A stretch of 15,551 nt of DNA from a virus (Duplodnaviria > Heunggongvirae > Uroviricota > Caudoviricetes): the IMG/VR virus record IMGVR_UViG_2675903575_000009, positions 1-15,551 of that record; one strand, 5' to 3'. Within the stretch, counting starts at the first letter, position 1, and each line of letters opens with the position of its first letter. Positions 1 to 8,274 of this stretch are shown in pieces. Below the pieces are notes generated by a model, which worked only from the letters and a program-made list of their open reading frames with translations, was not told the DNA's origin and did no database searches. The position numbers and the translations under genes were made by a program.

Positions 1-723
1 TTACGGGGTAATGCCAACCGCTGCCGCCACTTTGTCGCCACTAGTGCTTTGTTTTTCGAATTCATCTAAGGCTCTTTCAACATCAGAAAGATACTCTTTG
101 AATGAGTTCAAGATCATGCTTAACGAGCCCCCCATAAATAGGACCTGTTTTCCATCTTTTTTAAAAAAATCAGGATATTTTTCTATAAGTTCAATAATGC
201 TTTTAATATTTTGCCCATCGTTTTCTAAGTATTTTGCATCATTATGCGCACAACTGTTTCTTAATTTTGTTATTTTTTTGATATTCGAATAGTGGGATGT
301 TGACTTCATCCCTATCATTTTTTTGATAAATAGATGGCTCCTCTCAAATCCACTTCCTTTGAGATCTGAAACATTTATAGGAGAATGATGTCTATTAGCA
401 AAGTTGTTACAGAATTTTTCTATTTCGTGTTCAAAAATTCCGAATATAGTTAAGAATACTGACCTGCGGATAATACTTGGGTAGTATTCTAAAAACATTT
501 CATCGAGATCTAGCGATGAGCTGGTGAGTCCCATGTAATGATCAATTGACTGATATACACCATCTTCCGGAGATATTTCAATTATATATTCTTCAGGTCC
601 TTTGTCTTTATATTCTGCTATGCCCTTAGCGATTGATGATTCGCTATGAGTGATTAACGTCTCGATAATATCAAATGTTAAGGAGAAGTCGAATATTGGG
701 AATTGAAACAAAAACTTAACCAT
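1..723 (-). CDS. Hypothetical AT-rich cargo protein immediately downstream of int; contains an R-x4-H motif (RNSCAH) reminiscent of HEPN-type RNase/abortive-infection proteins
   Basis: Six-frame ORF 1..756 (251 aa) with stop at 1-3; I prefer the internal Met at 723 (weak AAGG about 9 nt upstream) over 756 (no RBS). Markedly AT-rich compared with the neighbouring int. Motif KLRNSCAHN fits the Rx4-6H HEPN signature, but one short motif is weak evidence. Confidence 0.5.
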   Translation of the reverse strand: MVKFLFQFPIFDFSLTFDIIETLITHSESSIAKGIAEYKDKGPEEYIIEISPEDGVYQSIDHYMGLTSSSLDLDEMFLEYYPSIIRRSVFLTIFGIFEHEIEKFCNNFANRHHSPINVSDLKGSGFERSHLFIKKMIGMKSTSHYSNIKKITKLRNSCAHNDAKYLENDGQNIKSIIELIEKYPDFFKKDGKQVLFMGGSLSMILNSFKEYLSDVERALDEFEKQSTSGDKVAAAVGITP

Positions 724-733
724 GCTTGAACCT

Positions 734-1765
734 TTAAGAATCTGATTTAGTAACATCCAAAGTTGCTAGTGGATTGAAACGAAGAGCTGTCTCTAAGTGA
801 TCAGGTGATAGATGAGCATAACGCATAGTCATTTTTATGTCGTGATGTCCGAGGATTTTTTGCAAAGCAAGGATGTTTCCACCCGACATCATGAAATGCG
901 CCGCAAACGTATGACGCAGAACGTGTGTAAGTTGACCGCGAGGGAGCACGATAGACGTTTTTTCCATCACGGATAAAAATTGAAAATAGCAGTCTGTGAA
1001 GAAATTGAACCCATCAAGCGCCATGATCTCTTCATAAAGCTCTTTACTGATAGGGATGCTTCTGTTTTTCTTCCCCTTCGTTCTTACAAAGGTAATTCGG
1101 TATTTGGTCACCTGTGATCGGGTAAGGTTTATTGCTTCTCGCCAGCGTGCGCCTGTGCTTAAGCATATCTTGACTACCAGTGCCAGAATTGGGTCCTGAC
1201 GTTTGCAATCATCCAGCAGTTCAACAATCTGCTCATGGGTAAGCCATGCCATCTCTTTTTCTGCGATGGTGAATTTTCGCATGTTCTCCAGTGGGTTTGG
1301 ATACGACCATTCGCCCAGGCGGGATAGTTCGCTAAAAACACTACTTAGATAGCTTTGCTCCAGGTTAATGGTGACCGGGCTGGCCCCTTTCTTCCATTTC
1401 TCGCTGAAGTAGATCTCACCTGTCAGTCGTTTATCTCGATAATGGGCAAACATTTTAGATGTGAGATCGGTTGCAAGGGGATTGCCCAGAGCGTCAACCA
1501 TCAGCAGCAATTTGTCATAGACATGCTGCCCAGCAGTCAGAGATTTACCATGTAGTTTGAACCATAGCTCAACCACGTCTTTCAGGGTTCGACGATCTAC
1601 TGATTCGCCCAGCCAGGGCTTTGCTTCGGTTTCTTCCATCGTGTGACGCTCAAAAGCCAGTGCTTCGCCTTTGGTGGCGAATTGTTTACGCACACGACGC
1701 CCACTACGTCCGGCGGGGTAACATTCGCAAAGCCATTTTCCTGTGGTGAGTTTTCGTACTGCCAT
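734..1765 (-). CDS. int: Tyrosine site-specific integrase (P2 Int-like)
   Basis: N-terminus MAVRKLTTGKW...RSGRRVRKQFATKGEALAFE closely parallels the P2 Int N-terminus; C-terminal catalytic region HVLRHTFAAHFMMSGGNILALQKILGHHDIKMTMRYAH carries the R...HxxR...Y tyrosine recombinase signature. The ORF track extends to 1843, but the conserved start is the Met at 1765, preceded by GGAGGG (1774-1779 on the minus strand). Confidence 0.92.
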   Translation of the reverse strand: MAVRKLTTGKWLCECYPAGRSGRRVRKQFATKGEALAFERHTMEETEAKPWLGESVDRRTLKDVVELWFKLHGKSLTAGQHVYDKLLLMVDALGNPLATDLTSKMFAHYRDKRLTGEIYFSEKWKKGASPVTINLEQSYLSSVFSELSRLGEWSYPNPLENMRKFTIAEKEMAWLTHEQIVELLDDCKRQDPILALVVKICLSTGARWREAINLTRSQVTKYRITFVRTKGKKNRSIPISKELYEEIMALDGFNFFTDCYFQFLSVMEKTSIVLPRGQLTHVLRHTFAAHFMMSGGNILALQKILGHHDIKMTMRYAHLSPDHLETALRFNPLATLDVTKSDS

Positions 1766-1794
1766 AAAAAATGCCCTCCAATAGAGAGTATTTT

Positions 1795-1818
1795 TACTGT
1801 ATGTATAACCAGTGTCAA
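1795..1818 (-). promoter_or_regulatory. Candidate LexA (SOS) box overlapping a sigma70-like promoter directly upstream of int
   Basis: TACTGTATGTATAACCAGTG (1795-1814) fits CTGT-N8-(A/C)CAG with an AT-rich spacer; the CCAG right half is the variant I recall from the uvrB box. On the minus strand a perfect TTGACA -35 (1813-1818) lies 17 nt from AAAAAT (1790-1795), so the box covers the spacer. 17 of 20 positions match the box at 8016-8035. Confidence 0.4.
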
Positions 1819-1951
1819 TGTATGAAATCTTGCGACCATACATCTCACTGAAGCCATAATGAAGTTGGCTATTTTTTGCTATGTGAGTATGTGACTTTTG
1901 CGGTTAGCCTGCGGCTCATTGTTATATTAGGCGCAGATATAAAAGCAAAAA

Positions 1952-2143
1952 TTATCGCGAGTTTTTAGTACAGATTTTTTTTGATTTACTAATAGTTCCA
2001 TCATTGCAAACGAACTTTCCATCGGAGGTACAGTGAGAGACACCTCCCTTTTTCCCAGAACAAGGATAATTTTTAGCATAGGTAGTTAGTGGGTTTAATA
2101 ACAAAGAGCATGATAAAACCACAAAAAATACCTTACCAAGCAT
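1952..2143 (-). CDS. Small (63 aa) AT-rich secreted or lipoprotein-like Cys-containing protein between cI and int
   Basis: Strong RBS GGAGG about 7 nt upstream of ATG (minus strand, around 2150-2155); N-terminus [23 protein letters not shown] looks like a signal peptide (possible lipobox VLSC); the mature part has 4 Cys. AT-rich relative to the flanking cI and int. Confidence 0.5.
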   Translation of the reverse strand: MLGKVFFVVLSCSLLLNPLTTYAKNYPCSGKKGGVSHCTSDGKFVCNDGTISKSKKICTKNSR

Positions 2144-2158
2144 AGTTTCCTCCCGGTA

Positions 2159-2728
2159 TTACCTAACGTACTTAATTGTTAAACTTATAATTTTTCCAAT
2201 TATTTCAACATCTTCTATCTTGCACTCGAAGGCTCTGTTTCCACCTTCAACGAAGATTCTTCCACCGGGTAAACGAGTAATGTCGCGGATTGTTATTTCG
2301 CCATCAATACTTATTACCCATTTACCATCACGTATATCATCAAATTCTTTATCACAAATAAATTCAGAATTGTTATCTGTGATGACAAAAGGTTTTTTAA
2401 ACGTAGAGGGTAGAAATCCCTTATCAAAAATATAAAAACCGTCTTCACGCAAGGCACCATCAGATAATACATATTTAGCAACTTCCATCGTATTTGTATT
2501 ACCTGAAGTTTGCTTTGAACCATGTCCAGTTGTGAGCCAATTAAGCGAGGTGCCCGTTTCAAGGGCGCACTGGATTACCCATTCTGCTGGGAATGAGTCA
2601 CGCATGTAGCGTGTAGCGAGTGTACTTTTAGAGATTCCTAAATGATCGCACAACGCCTGTCGAGTTTTGAATCCATAAGCTTCTACCATGCGCTCTATAG
2701 CGCCTCGTCCGCCTTTCTCCAAATTCAT
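2159..2728 (-). CDS. cI: Phage CI-type immunity repressor (186 CI-like, HTH N-terminal domain)
   Basis: About 190 aa, the size I recall for 186 CI rather than the roughly 99-aa P2 C; N-terminal HTH-like segment KTRQALCDHLGISKSTLATRYMR; divergent from the cox/apl-like early operon. Start taken as ATG 2726-2728 (GGAG 5 nt upstream); the ORF track begins two codons earlier at a GTG. Confidence 0.8.
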   Translation of the reverse strand: MNLEKGGRGAIERMVEAYGFKTRQALCDHLGISKSTLATRYMRDSFPAEWVIQCALETGTSLNWLTTGHGSKQTSGNTNTMEVAKYVLSDGALREDGFYIFDKGFLPSTFKKPFVITDNNSEFICDKEFDDIRDGKWVISIDGEITIRDITRLPGGRIFVEGGNRAFECKIEDVEIIGKIISLTIKYVR

Positions 2729-2752
2729 GGTCACTCCAAGTGAACTTTTATC

Positions 2753-2781
2753 TTGACGATTTCATCGTGCGATCGTATGTT
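2753..2781 (+). promoter_or_regulatory. Candidate early lytic promoter (pR/Pe-like) with overlapping operator-like palindromes
   Basis: TTGACG (2753-2758), 17-nt spacer, TATGTT (2776-2781), about 70 nt upstream of the cox/apl-like start. The spacer holds the palindrome ACGAT-TTC-ATCGT (2756-2768) and CGATCG (2771-2776); a related ACGAtccgtatTCGT lies at 2803-2817. Confidence 0.4.
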
Positions 2782-2853
2782 TATGGTGTTCACAAAATAC
2801 AAACGATCCGTATTCGTCCTGATTAATCATCATTAAACGAGGAATGTTGCATC

Positions 2854-3075
2854 ATGAGACCTAACATTTCAATCACTCTTACCACGCCTCATGTGACTAT
2901 TGAACGCTATAGCGAGCTGACAGGACTGTCCATCGATACCATCAATGACATGTTGGCTGATGGACGCCTTATCCGTCACCGTTTGCGCAAAGATAAAAAA
3001 CGCGAAAAAGTGATGATCAACATAGCAGCCATGACCGTTGATGCGCTTTCAGAATGCAATCTAAACCTTAATTAG
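2854..3075 (+). CDS. Cox/Apl-like excisionase and transcriptional regulator (small HTH protein, first gene of early operon)
   Basis: 73 aa, divergent from cI, GAGGA RBS 10 nt upstream; sequence [28 protein letters not shown] resembles the P2 Cox / 186 Apl HTH region; position is diagnostic in P2/186 phages. Confidence 0.65.
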   Translation: MRPNISITLTTPHVTIERYSELTGLSIDTINDMLADGRLIRHRLRKDKKREKVMINIAAMTVDALSECNLNLN

Positions 3076-3101
3076 TTCGATTCTGAAATACATCAGAGGC
3101 A

Positions 3102-3617
3102 TTGACCATGTTTGATTACCAAGTTTCCAAACATCCACATTTTGATGAAGCCTGTCGTGCATTTGCACTGCGCCACAATCTGGTGCAACTGGCAGAACGT
3201 GCAGGCATGAATGTGCAGATTCTGCGGAACAAGCTGAACCCAGCTCAGCCTCATTTATTAACCGCACCAGAAATCTGGCTGCTTACCGATCTGACTGAAG
3301 ATTCAACGCTGGTAGATGGTTTTCTGGCACAGATTCATTGTCTGCCATGTGTACCGATTAATGAGGTGGCAAAAGAGAAACTGCCACATTACGTCATGAG
3401 TGCAACCGCAGAGATCGGGCGTGTTGCTGCAGGTGCGGTATCTGGCGATGTAAAAACCTGTGCCGGTCGTCGTGATGCCATCAGCAGCATTAACTCTGTA
3501 ACACGACTGATGGCGCTGGCGGCTGTTTCATTGCAGGCCCGTTTACAGGCTAATCCTGCGATGGCAAGTGCAGTTGATACTGTAACTGGCCTCGGTGCGT
3601 CATTCGGTTTGCTGTGA
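3102..3617 (+). CDS. cII: 186 CII-like lysogeny-establishment regulator
   Basis: 171 aa (186 CII is about 169 aa as I recall) immediately after apl/cox; HTH-like segment [19 protein letters not shown] near the N-terminus. Confidence 0.7.
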   Translation: MTMFDYQVSKHPHFDEACRAFALRHNLVQLAERAGMNVQILRNKLNPAQPHLLTAPEIWLLTDLTEDSTLVDGFLAQIHCLPCVPINEVAKEKLPHYVMSATAEIGRVAAGAVSGDVKTCAGRRDAISSINSVTRLMALAAVSLQARLQANPAMASAVDTVTGLGASFGLL

Positions 3618-3624
3618 GGTGCTT

Positions 3625-3825
3625 ATGCTGACGAAAGAACCATCATTTGCATCGCTGCTGGTAAAACAAAGCCCGGCAATGCACTACGGTCACGGCTGGA
3701 TCATGGGGGAGGATGGTAAACGCTGGCATCCGTGCCGTTCACAAGATGAATTGCTGGCAGAACTATCTACGAAAAAACGGGGGAACAAATGGCTATTGAA
3801 GGCGCTGCGGCGACTGTTCCATTAA
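3625..3825 (+). CDS. Hypothetical early-region small protein (position of the 186 fil/dhr-type genes)
   Basis: ORF 3595..3825; preferred start ATG 3625 with GAGGTG RBS 4 nt upstream, just after the cII stop (3615-3617). Confidence 0.45.
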   Translation: MLTKEPSFASLLVKQSPAMHYGHGWIMGEDGKRWHPCRSQDELLAELSTKKRGNKWLLKALRRLFH

Positions 3826-4130
3826 GCCCCGGTGAACGCCTGAATGGACTTAACCATATTGCGGAGTTAAGGGCGAAAGTATTTGGCCTGAATATTGAGT
3901 CAGAGCTTGAGCGGTTTATTAAAGATATGCGTGAACCACGGGATATCAATAACGAACAAAATAAACGGGCACTGGCTGCTATATTCTTTATGGCAAAAAT
4001 TCCAGCTGAACGTCATAGCATCAGCATTAATGAGCTGACCACTGACGAAAAGCGGGAGTTGATTAAAGCAATGAATCATTTTCGTGCAGTGGTGAGCTTA
4101 TTTCCAAGACGGCTAACCATGCCGAATTAA
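3789..4130 (+). CDS. Hypothetical early-region protein (113 aa)
   Basis: ORF with GGGGGA-like RBS upstream; overlaps the 3' end of the preceding ORF in another frame; phage-like GC content. Confidence 0.5.
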   Translation: MAIEGAAATVPLSPGERLNGLNHIAELRAKVFGLNIESELERFIKDMREPRDINNEQNKRALAAIFFMAKIPAERHSISINELTTDEKRELIKAMNHFRAVVSLFPRRLTMPN

Positions 4131-4197
4131 CCAACTAATGAAATTAATGGCGTAAACCCGCCGGGTATCCCTTTATCTAAATTCAGGAGAATTGATT

Positions 4198-4431
4198 ATG
4201 CGTAATATTGAAACCCTCACGACTAAAACCGGACCGGATGATGCAGGGCTTAATATTTTACTGACAGAGGCTCGTCTGGAAGAACGCCGGGCAAGGGCTG
4301 AAGCAATGGCAGCTCGCCTTGATAGCCTGGCGTGTCATATCACATCCCGCCAGCTAAACCACGTCGAAGCAGCAGAACTACTGCGTGTAACTGCTGAAGC
4401 AATCCAGAACGAAGCGCAGGAGATCCACTAA
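4198..4431 (+). CDS. Hypothetical early-region protein (77 aa)
   Basis: AGGAG (4185-4189) 8 nt upstream of ATG 4198; stop overlaps the start of the next gene (TAATG at 4429-4433). Confidence 0.5.
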   Translation: MRNIETLTTKTGPDDAGLNILLTEARLEERRARAEAMAARLDSLACHITSRQLNHVEAAELLRVTAEAIQNEAQEIH

Positions 4432-4658
4432 TGGCTGATGCAATGGATCTTGTACAGCAGCGCGTTGAAGAAGAACGCCAGCGCCATATCCGTGCTGCCC
4501 GTGCCAAAACGCCGGGCGTGTCCCGCGTGCTTTGCATTGAGTGTGAAGCGCCAATTCCGCCAGCACGCCGCCGCGCCATTCCAGGTGTGCAGCTTTGCAT
4601 TACCTGTCAGGAAATCGCAGAGCTGAAAGGCAAACATTACAACGGAGGTGCTGTATGA
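4431..4658 (+). CDS. TraR/DksA-family C4 zinc-finger protein
   Basis: Cys pattern CIEC-x17-CITC (CxxC-x17-CxxC) is the TraR/DksA C4 spacing, not the Ogr/Delta CX2CX22CX4C spacing; 75 aa; start overlaps the previous stop and its own stop overlaps the dam start. Confidence 0.7.
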   Translation: MADAMDLVQQRVEEERQRHIRAARAKTPGVSRVLCIECEAPIPPARRRAIPGVQLCITCQEIAELKGKHYNGGAV

Positions 4659-5512
4659 GCACCATCCTGAAATGGGCGGGAAATAAAACCGCCATTATGT
4701 CCGAACTGAAAAAACACCTTCCTGCTGGCCCGCGACTGGTTGAACCTTTCGCGGGTTCCTGTGCTGTGATGATGGAGACGGATTACCCCAGCTATCTGGT
4801 TGCGGATATTAATCCTGATTTAATCAACCTCTATAAAAAGGTTGCCGCTGATTGTGAATCGTTTATATCTCGCGCCAGAGTTTTATTTGAGATCGCAAAC
4901 AGGGAGGTGGCTTATTACAACATAAGGCAGGAGTTTAATTACTCCACTGAAATTACTGATTTCATGAAAGCGGTATATTTCCTGTATCTCAATCGTCACG
5001 GTTACCGTGGTTTATGTCGCTATAACAAGAGCGGGCATTTCAACATTCCCTACGGTAATTATAAAAATCCGTATTTCCCTGAAAAAGAAATTCGCGCATT
5101 TGCAGAAAAAGCCCAGCGGGCAACGTTTATCTGCGCCAGCTTTGATGAAACGCTGGCGATGTTGAAGGCGGGGGATGTGGTGTATTGCGATCCGCCGTAT
5201 GACGGCACGTTTTCCGGTTATCACACTGACGGCTTCACTGAAGATGACCAGTATCACCTGGCATCCGTTCTTGAACATCGGTCATCAGAAGGACATCCGG
5301 TCATTGTTTCTAACAGTGACACATCCCTGATCCGTTCGCTGTATCGCAATTTTACTCACCACTACATCAAGGCAAAACGCAACATCGGTGTGGCAGCTGG
5401 CGAGGGTAAATCAGCAACAGAAATCATTGCTGTTTCCGGGCCGCGCTGCTGGGTGGGATTTGATTATTCGCGTGGCGTGGACAGTTCTGCCGTGTACGGA
5501 GTACGTGCATGA
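4655..5512 (+). CDS. dam: DNA N6-adenine methyltransferase (Dam family), phage-encoded orphan MTase
   Basis: N-terminus [11 protein letters not shown] and FAGSCAV (AdoMet-binding motif I region) plus catalytic DPPY ([10 protein letters not shown]) are Dam-family hallmarks; GGAGG RBS at 4644-4648; ATGA overlap with upstream and downstream genes. The ORF track start at 4595 is an unlikely 5' extension. Confidence 0.9.
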   Translation: MSTILKWAGNKTAIMSELKKHLPAGPRLVEPFAGSCAVMMETDYPSYLVADINPDLINLYKKVAADCESFISRARVLFEIANREVAYYNIRQEFNYSTEITDFMKAVYFLYLNRHGYRGLCRYNKSGHFNIPYGNYKNPYFPEKEIRAFAEKAQRATFICASFDETLAMLKAGDVVYCDPPYDGTFSGYHTDGFTEDDQYHLASVLEHRSSEGHPVIVSNSDTSLIRSLYRNFTHHYIKAKRNIGVAAGEGKSATEIIAVSGPRCWVGFDYSRGVDSSAVYGVRA

Positions 5513-7923
5513 GTCATGCCGATATGAACAACTGCTGCGGCTTTAACGAGGCTGCCGCAGCATTCTCATGGAACAGCCCGAAAAAGGCCATTAACCCTTA
5601 TCTGGACCCGGCGGAAGTTGCGCCGGTTTCTGCGCTTTCAAACCTGATCACTCTGTACGCTGCCGATAACGAGCAGGAACAACTGCGCCGCGAGGCACTG
5701 AGTGATCAGGTCTGGGAGCGTTATTTCTTTAATGAATCCCGTGATCCTGTCCAGCGCGAAATGGAGCAGGATAAGCTAATTAGCCGGGCAAAGCTGGCGC
5801 ATGAGCAGCAGCGTTTTAATCCAGACATGGTCATTCTGGCGGATGTCAACGCCCAGCCTTCCCATATCAGCAAGCCGCTGATGCAACGTATTAAATACTT
5901 CAGCAACCTGGGCAGGCCAAAGGCTTATTCCCGCTATTTGCGTGAGACGATTAAGCCATGCCTGGAACGACTGGAGCATGTACGCGACAGCCAGCTATCT
6001 GCATCTTTTCGTTTTATGGCAAGCCATGAAGGGCTGGACGGTCTGCTGATCCTGCCTGAAATGAGTCAGGATCAGGTGAAACGCCTGTCCACCCTTGTCG
6101 CTGCGCATATGAGCATGTGTCTTGATGCCGCTTGTGGTGATTTGTACGCCTCCGATGATGTTAAGCCGGAAGAAATCCGCAAGACATGGGAAAAGGTGGC
6201 AGCAGAAACCCTGCGACTGGATGTCATACCGCCTGCGTTTGAGCAACTCCGCCGGAAAAGAAACCGCCGCAAACCTGTGCCCTATGAACTCATTCCGGGT
6301 TCGCTGGCGCGTATGCTGTGCGCCGACTGGTGGTATCGGAAATTATGGAAGATGCGTTGCGAATGGCGGGAAGAGCAGTTGCGTGCTGTCTGTCTGGTCA
6401 GCAAAAAAGCATCTCCCTATGTCAGCTATGAAGCCGTGATGCATAAACGTGAGCAGCGCCGTAAGTCGCTGGAGTTTTTCCGTTCTCATGAACTGGTGAA
6501 CGAAGACGGCGACACGCTGGACATGGAGGATGTGGTAAACGCCAGCAGCAGCAACCCTGCGCATCGCCGCAATGAGATGATGGCCTGTGTTAAAGGCCTG
6601 GAGCTTATCGCGGAAATGCGCGGTGACTGCGCCGTTTTCTACACCATCACCTGTCCGTCACGTTTCCATTCCACGCTAAATAACGGCAGGCCCAACCCGA
6701 CCTGGACAAATGCGACGGTAAGACAAAGCAGTGATTATCTGGTTGGCATGTTTGCTGCATTTCGTAAGGCGATGCACAAAGCCGGATTGCGCTGGTATGG
6801 CGTGCGGGTGGCTGAGCCGCATCATGACGGTACAGTTCACTGGCACCTGTTGTGTTTTATGCGCAAAAAAGATCGCCGCGCCATTACTGCTTTGTTGCGT
6901 AAGTTTGCCATTCGTGAAGACCGCGAGGAGCTGGGGAATAACACGGGACCACGCTTTAAGTCTGAGTTGATTAACCCGCGCAAAGGAACGCCGACAAGCT
7001 ACATCGCGAAATATATCAGTAAGAACATTGACGGGCGTGGTCTGGCTGGCGAGATCAGCAAGGAAACGGGTAAATCCCTGCGTGATAACGCTGAATACGT
7101 GAATGCCTGGGCGTCTCTGCATCGTGTTCAGCAATTTCGCTTCTTTGGCATTCCGGGGCGTCAGGCTTACCGTGAACTGCGATTGCTGGCTGGTCAGGCG
7201 GCAAGGCAACAGGGTGACAAAAAAGCAGGTGCGCCGGTACTGGATAACCCGCGGCTTGATGCAATCCTGGCTGCTGCTGATGCTGGTTGTTTTGCCACCT
7301 ACATCATGAAGCAGGGCGGCGTACTGGTTCCCCGTAAATATCACCTCATCAGAACTGCTTATGAAATCAACGAAGAGCCGACCGCCTATGGCGATCACGG
7401 CATTCGTATTTATGGCATCTGGTCACCTATTGCAGAGGGCAAGATCTGCACTCATGCCGTGAAGTGGAAAATGGTTCGTAAGGCCGTTGACGTTCAGGAG
7501 GCGGCAGCCGACCAGGGCGCTTGCGCCCCTTGGACTCGTGGCAATAACTGTCCCCTTGCTGAAAATTTGTACCAACAAGGGAAAGACAAATCAGCTGATG
7601 GAGATACCAGAACGGATATCACCCGCATGGATGACAAGGAGTTGCACGATTACCTGCACAGTATGAGCAAAAAAGAGCGCCGGGAACTGGCAGTAAGGTT
7701 ACGCCTGGTGAAACCGAAACGGCGTAAAGACTACAAACAGCGAATTACAGACCATCAGCGACTGCAGCTCGTGTATGAACTGAAGTCCAGGGGATTTGAT
7801 GGCAGCGAGAAAGAGGTCGATTTACTCCTTCGCGGCGGCAGTATTCCGTCAGGAGCAGGCCTGCGTATCTTCTATCGGAACCAGCGTTTGCAGGAAGATG
7901 ATAAGTGGCGAAACCTGTATTAA
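5509..7923 (+). CDS. A: Replication initiation endonuclease (P2 gpA / 186 A-type rolling-circle initiator)
   Basis: 804 aa; [11 protein letters not shown] metal-binding motif and paired-tyrosine active site YIAKYISK (YxxKY) typical of P2 A-family nickases; canonical position after the early genes. Confidence 0.9.
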   Translation: MSHADMNNCCGFNEAAAAFSWNSPKKAINPYLDPAEVAPVSALSNLITLYAADNEQEQLRREALSDQVWERYFFNESRDPVQREMEQDKLISRAKLAHEQQRFNPDMVILADVNAQPSHISKPLMQRIKYFSNLGRPKAYSRYLRETIKPCLERLEHVRDSQLSASFRFMASHEGLDGLLILPEMSQDQVKRLSTLVAAHMSMCLDAACGDLYASDDVKPEEIRKTWEKVAAETLRLDVIPPAFEQLRRKRNRRKPVPYELIPGSLARMLCADWWYRKLWKMRCEWREEQLRAVCLVSKKASPYVSYEAVMHKREQRRKSLEFFRSHELVNEDGDTLDMEDVVNASSSNPAHRRNEMMACVKGLELIAEMRGDCAVFYTITCPSRFHSTLNNGRPNPTWTNATVRQSSDYLVGMFAAFRKAMHKAGLRWYGVRVAEPHHDGTVHWHLLCFMRKKDRRAITALLRKFAIREDREELGNNTGPRFKSELINPRKGTPTSYIAKYISKNIDGRGLAGEISKETGKSLRDNAEYVNAWASLHRVQQFRFFGIPGRQAYRELRLLAGQAARQQGDKKAGAPVLDNPRLDAILAAADAGCFATYIMKQGGVLVPRKYHLIRTAYEINEEPTAYGDHGIRIYGIWSPIAEGKICTHAVKWKMVRKAVDVQEAAADQGACAPWTRGNNCPLAENLYQQGKDKSADGDTRTDITRMDDKELHDYLHSMSKKERRELAVRLRLVKPKRRKDYKQRITDHQRLQLVYELKSRGFDGSEKEVDLLLRGGSIPSGAGLRIFYRNQRLQEDDKWRNLY

Positions 7924-8015
7924 TTACGCGGGTTAACAATTCGTGCTCTTAATAATACCAGGCATATCAGGCTGATGAGCGTAAAAAAACGTTTTACATC
8001 AGTAAGATTATTATA

Positions 8016-8035
8016 TACTGTAAATATAAACAGTG
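8016..8035. promoter_or_regulatory. LexA (SOS) box upstream of the tum/dinI-like module
   Basis: TACTGTAAATATAAACAGTG is a perfect CTGT-N8-ACAG with AT-rich spacer, about 40 nt upstream of ATG 8076, overlapping promoter-like hexamers (TTTACA 7993-7998, TATACT 8014-8019). Confidence 0.6.
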
Positions 8036-8075
8036 GTTATGTATACAGTATTGCTTTGGTGTCATAGGAGGAAAG

Positions 8076-8264
8076 ATGCAGGACTATTTTTTGGAGTCTT
8101 TGAAGCTCCAGCGCATTGATTTTTTTCTTAAGCTTGTAGCGGCTAGTGAGTGTAGTGATGAAGAGAAGGGGCTGGCTCTGCAGTGGGTTTCTGAACTGAC
8201 AGATGAACTCATGGCAAAAATCAGAACCCACGAATACAACCGCTCAATGGATGTCATCAGCTGA
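8076..8264 (+). CDS. Hypothetical 62-aa protein, first gene of the LexA-controlled module (possible Tum N-terminal-equivalent)
   Basis: Perfect AGGAGG RBS 6-7 nt upstream of the ATG; directly downstream of the LexA box; stop 10 nt before the DinI-like start. Confidence 0.55.
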   Translation: MQDYFLESLKLQRIDFFLKLVAASECSDEEKGLALQWVSELTDELMAKIRTHEYNRSMDVIS

Positions 8265-8274
8265 GGTGACTTTT

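Noticed and set aside
1766-1843. N-terminal extension of integrase to the ATG at 1843 (369-aa form in the ORF track)
   Set aside because: The conserved P2 Int-like N-terminus begins at MAVRKL (1765) with a GGAGGG RBS; the extension would cover the promoter and LexA-like box and has no homology support.
2781-2853. Leftward lysogenic promoter (pL/Pc) for cI, expected to face the early promoter
   Set aside because: I could not find a convincing -35/-10 pair on the minus strand here by eye, so I have not annotated one; it needs transcript mapping.
4595-4654. Upstream extension of the Dam gene (305-aa form)
   Set aside because: The extension overlaps the TraR-like gene out of frame; the conserved Dam N-terminus and a GGAGG RBS place the start at 4655.
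4431-4658. Possible Ogr/Delta-type late-gene activator
   Set aside because: Cys spacing is CxxC-x17-CxxC (TraR/DksA type), not the CX2CX22CX4C spacing of Ogr; the late activator is probably encoded outside this window.
5721-7398. Several minus-strand ORFs (61-240 aa, e.g. 6676-7398) within replication gene A
   Set aside because: Antisense to the clearly recognisable A gene with its conserved motifs; products are Cys/Arg-rich nonsense typical of reverse-frame translation.
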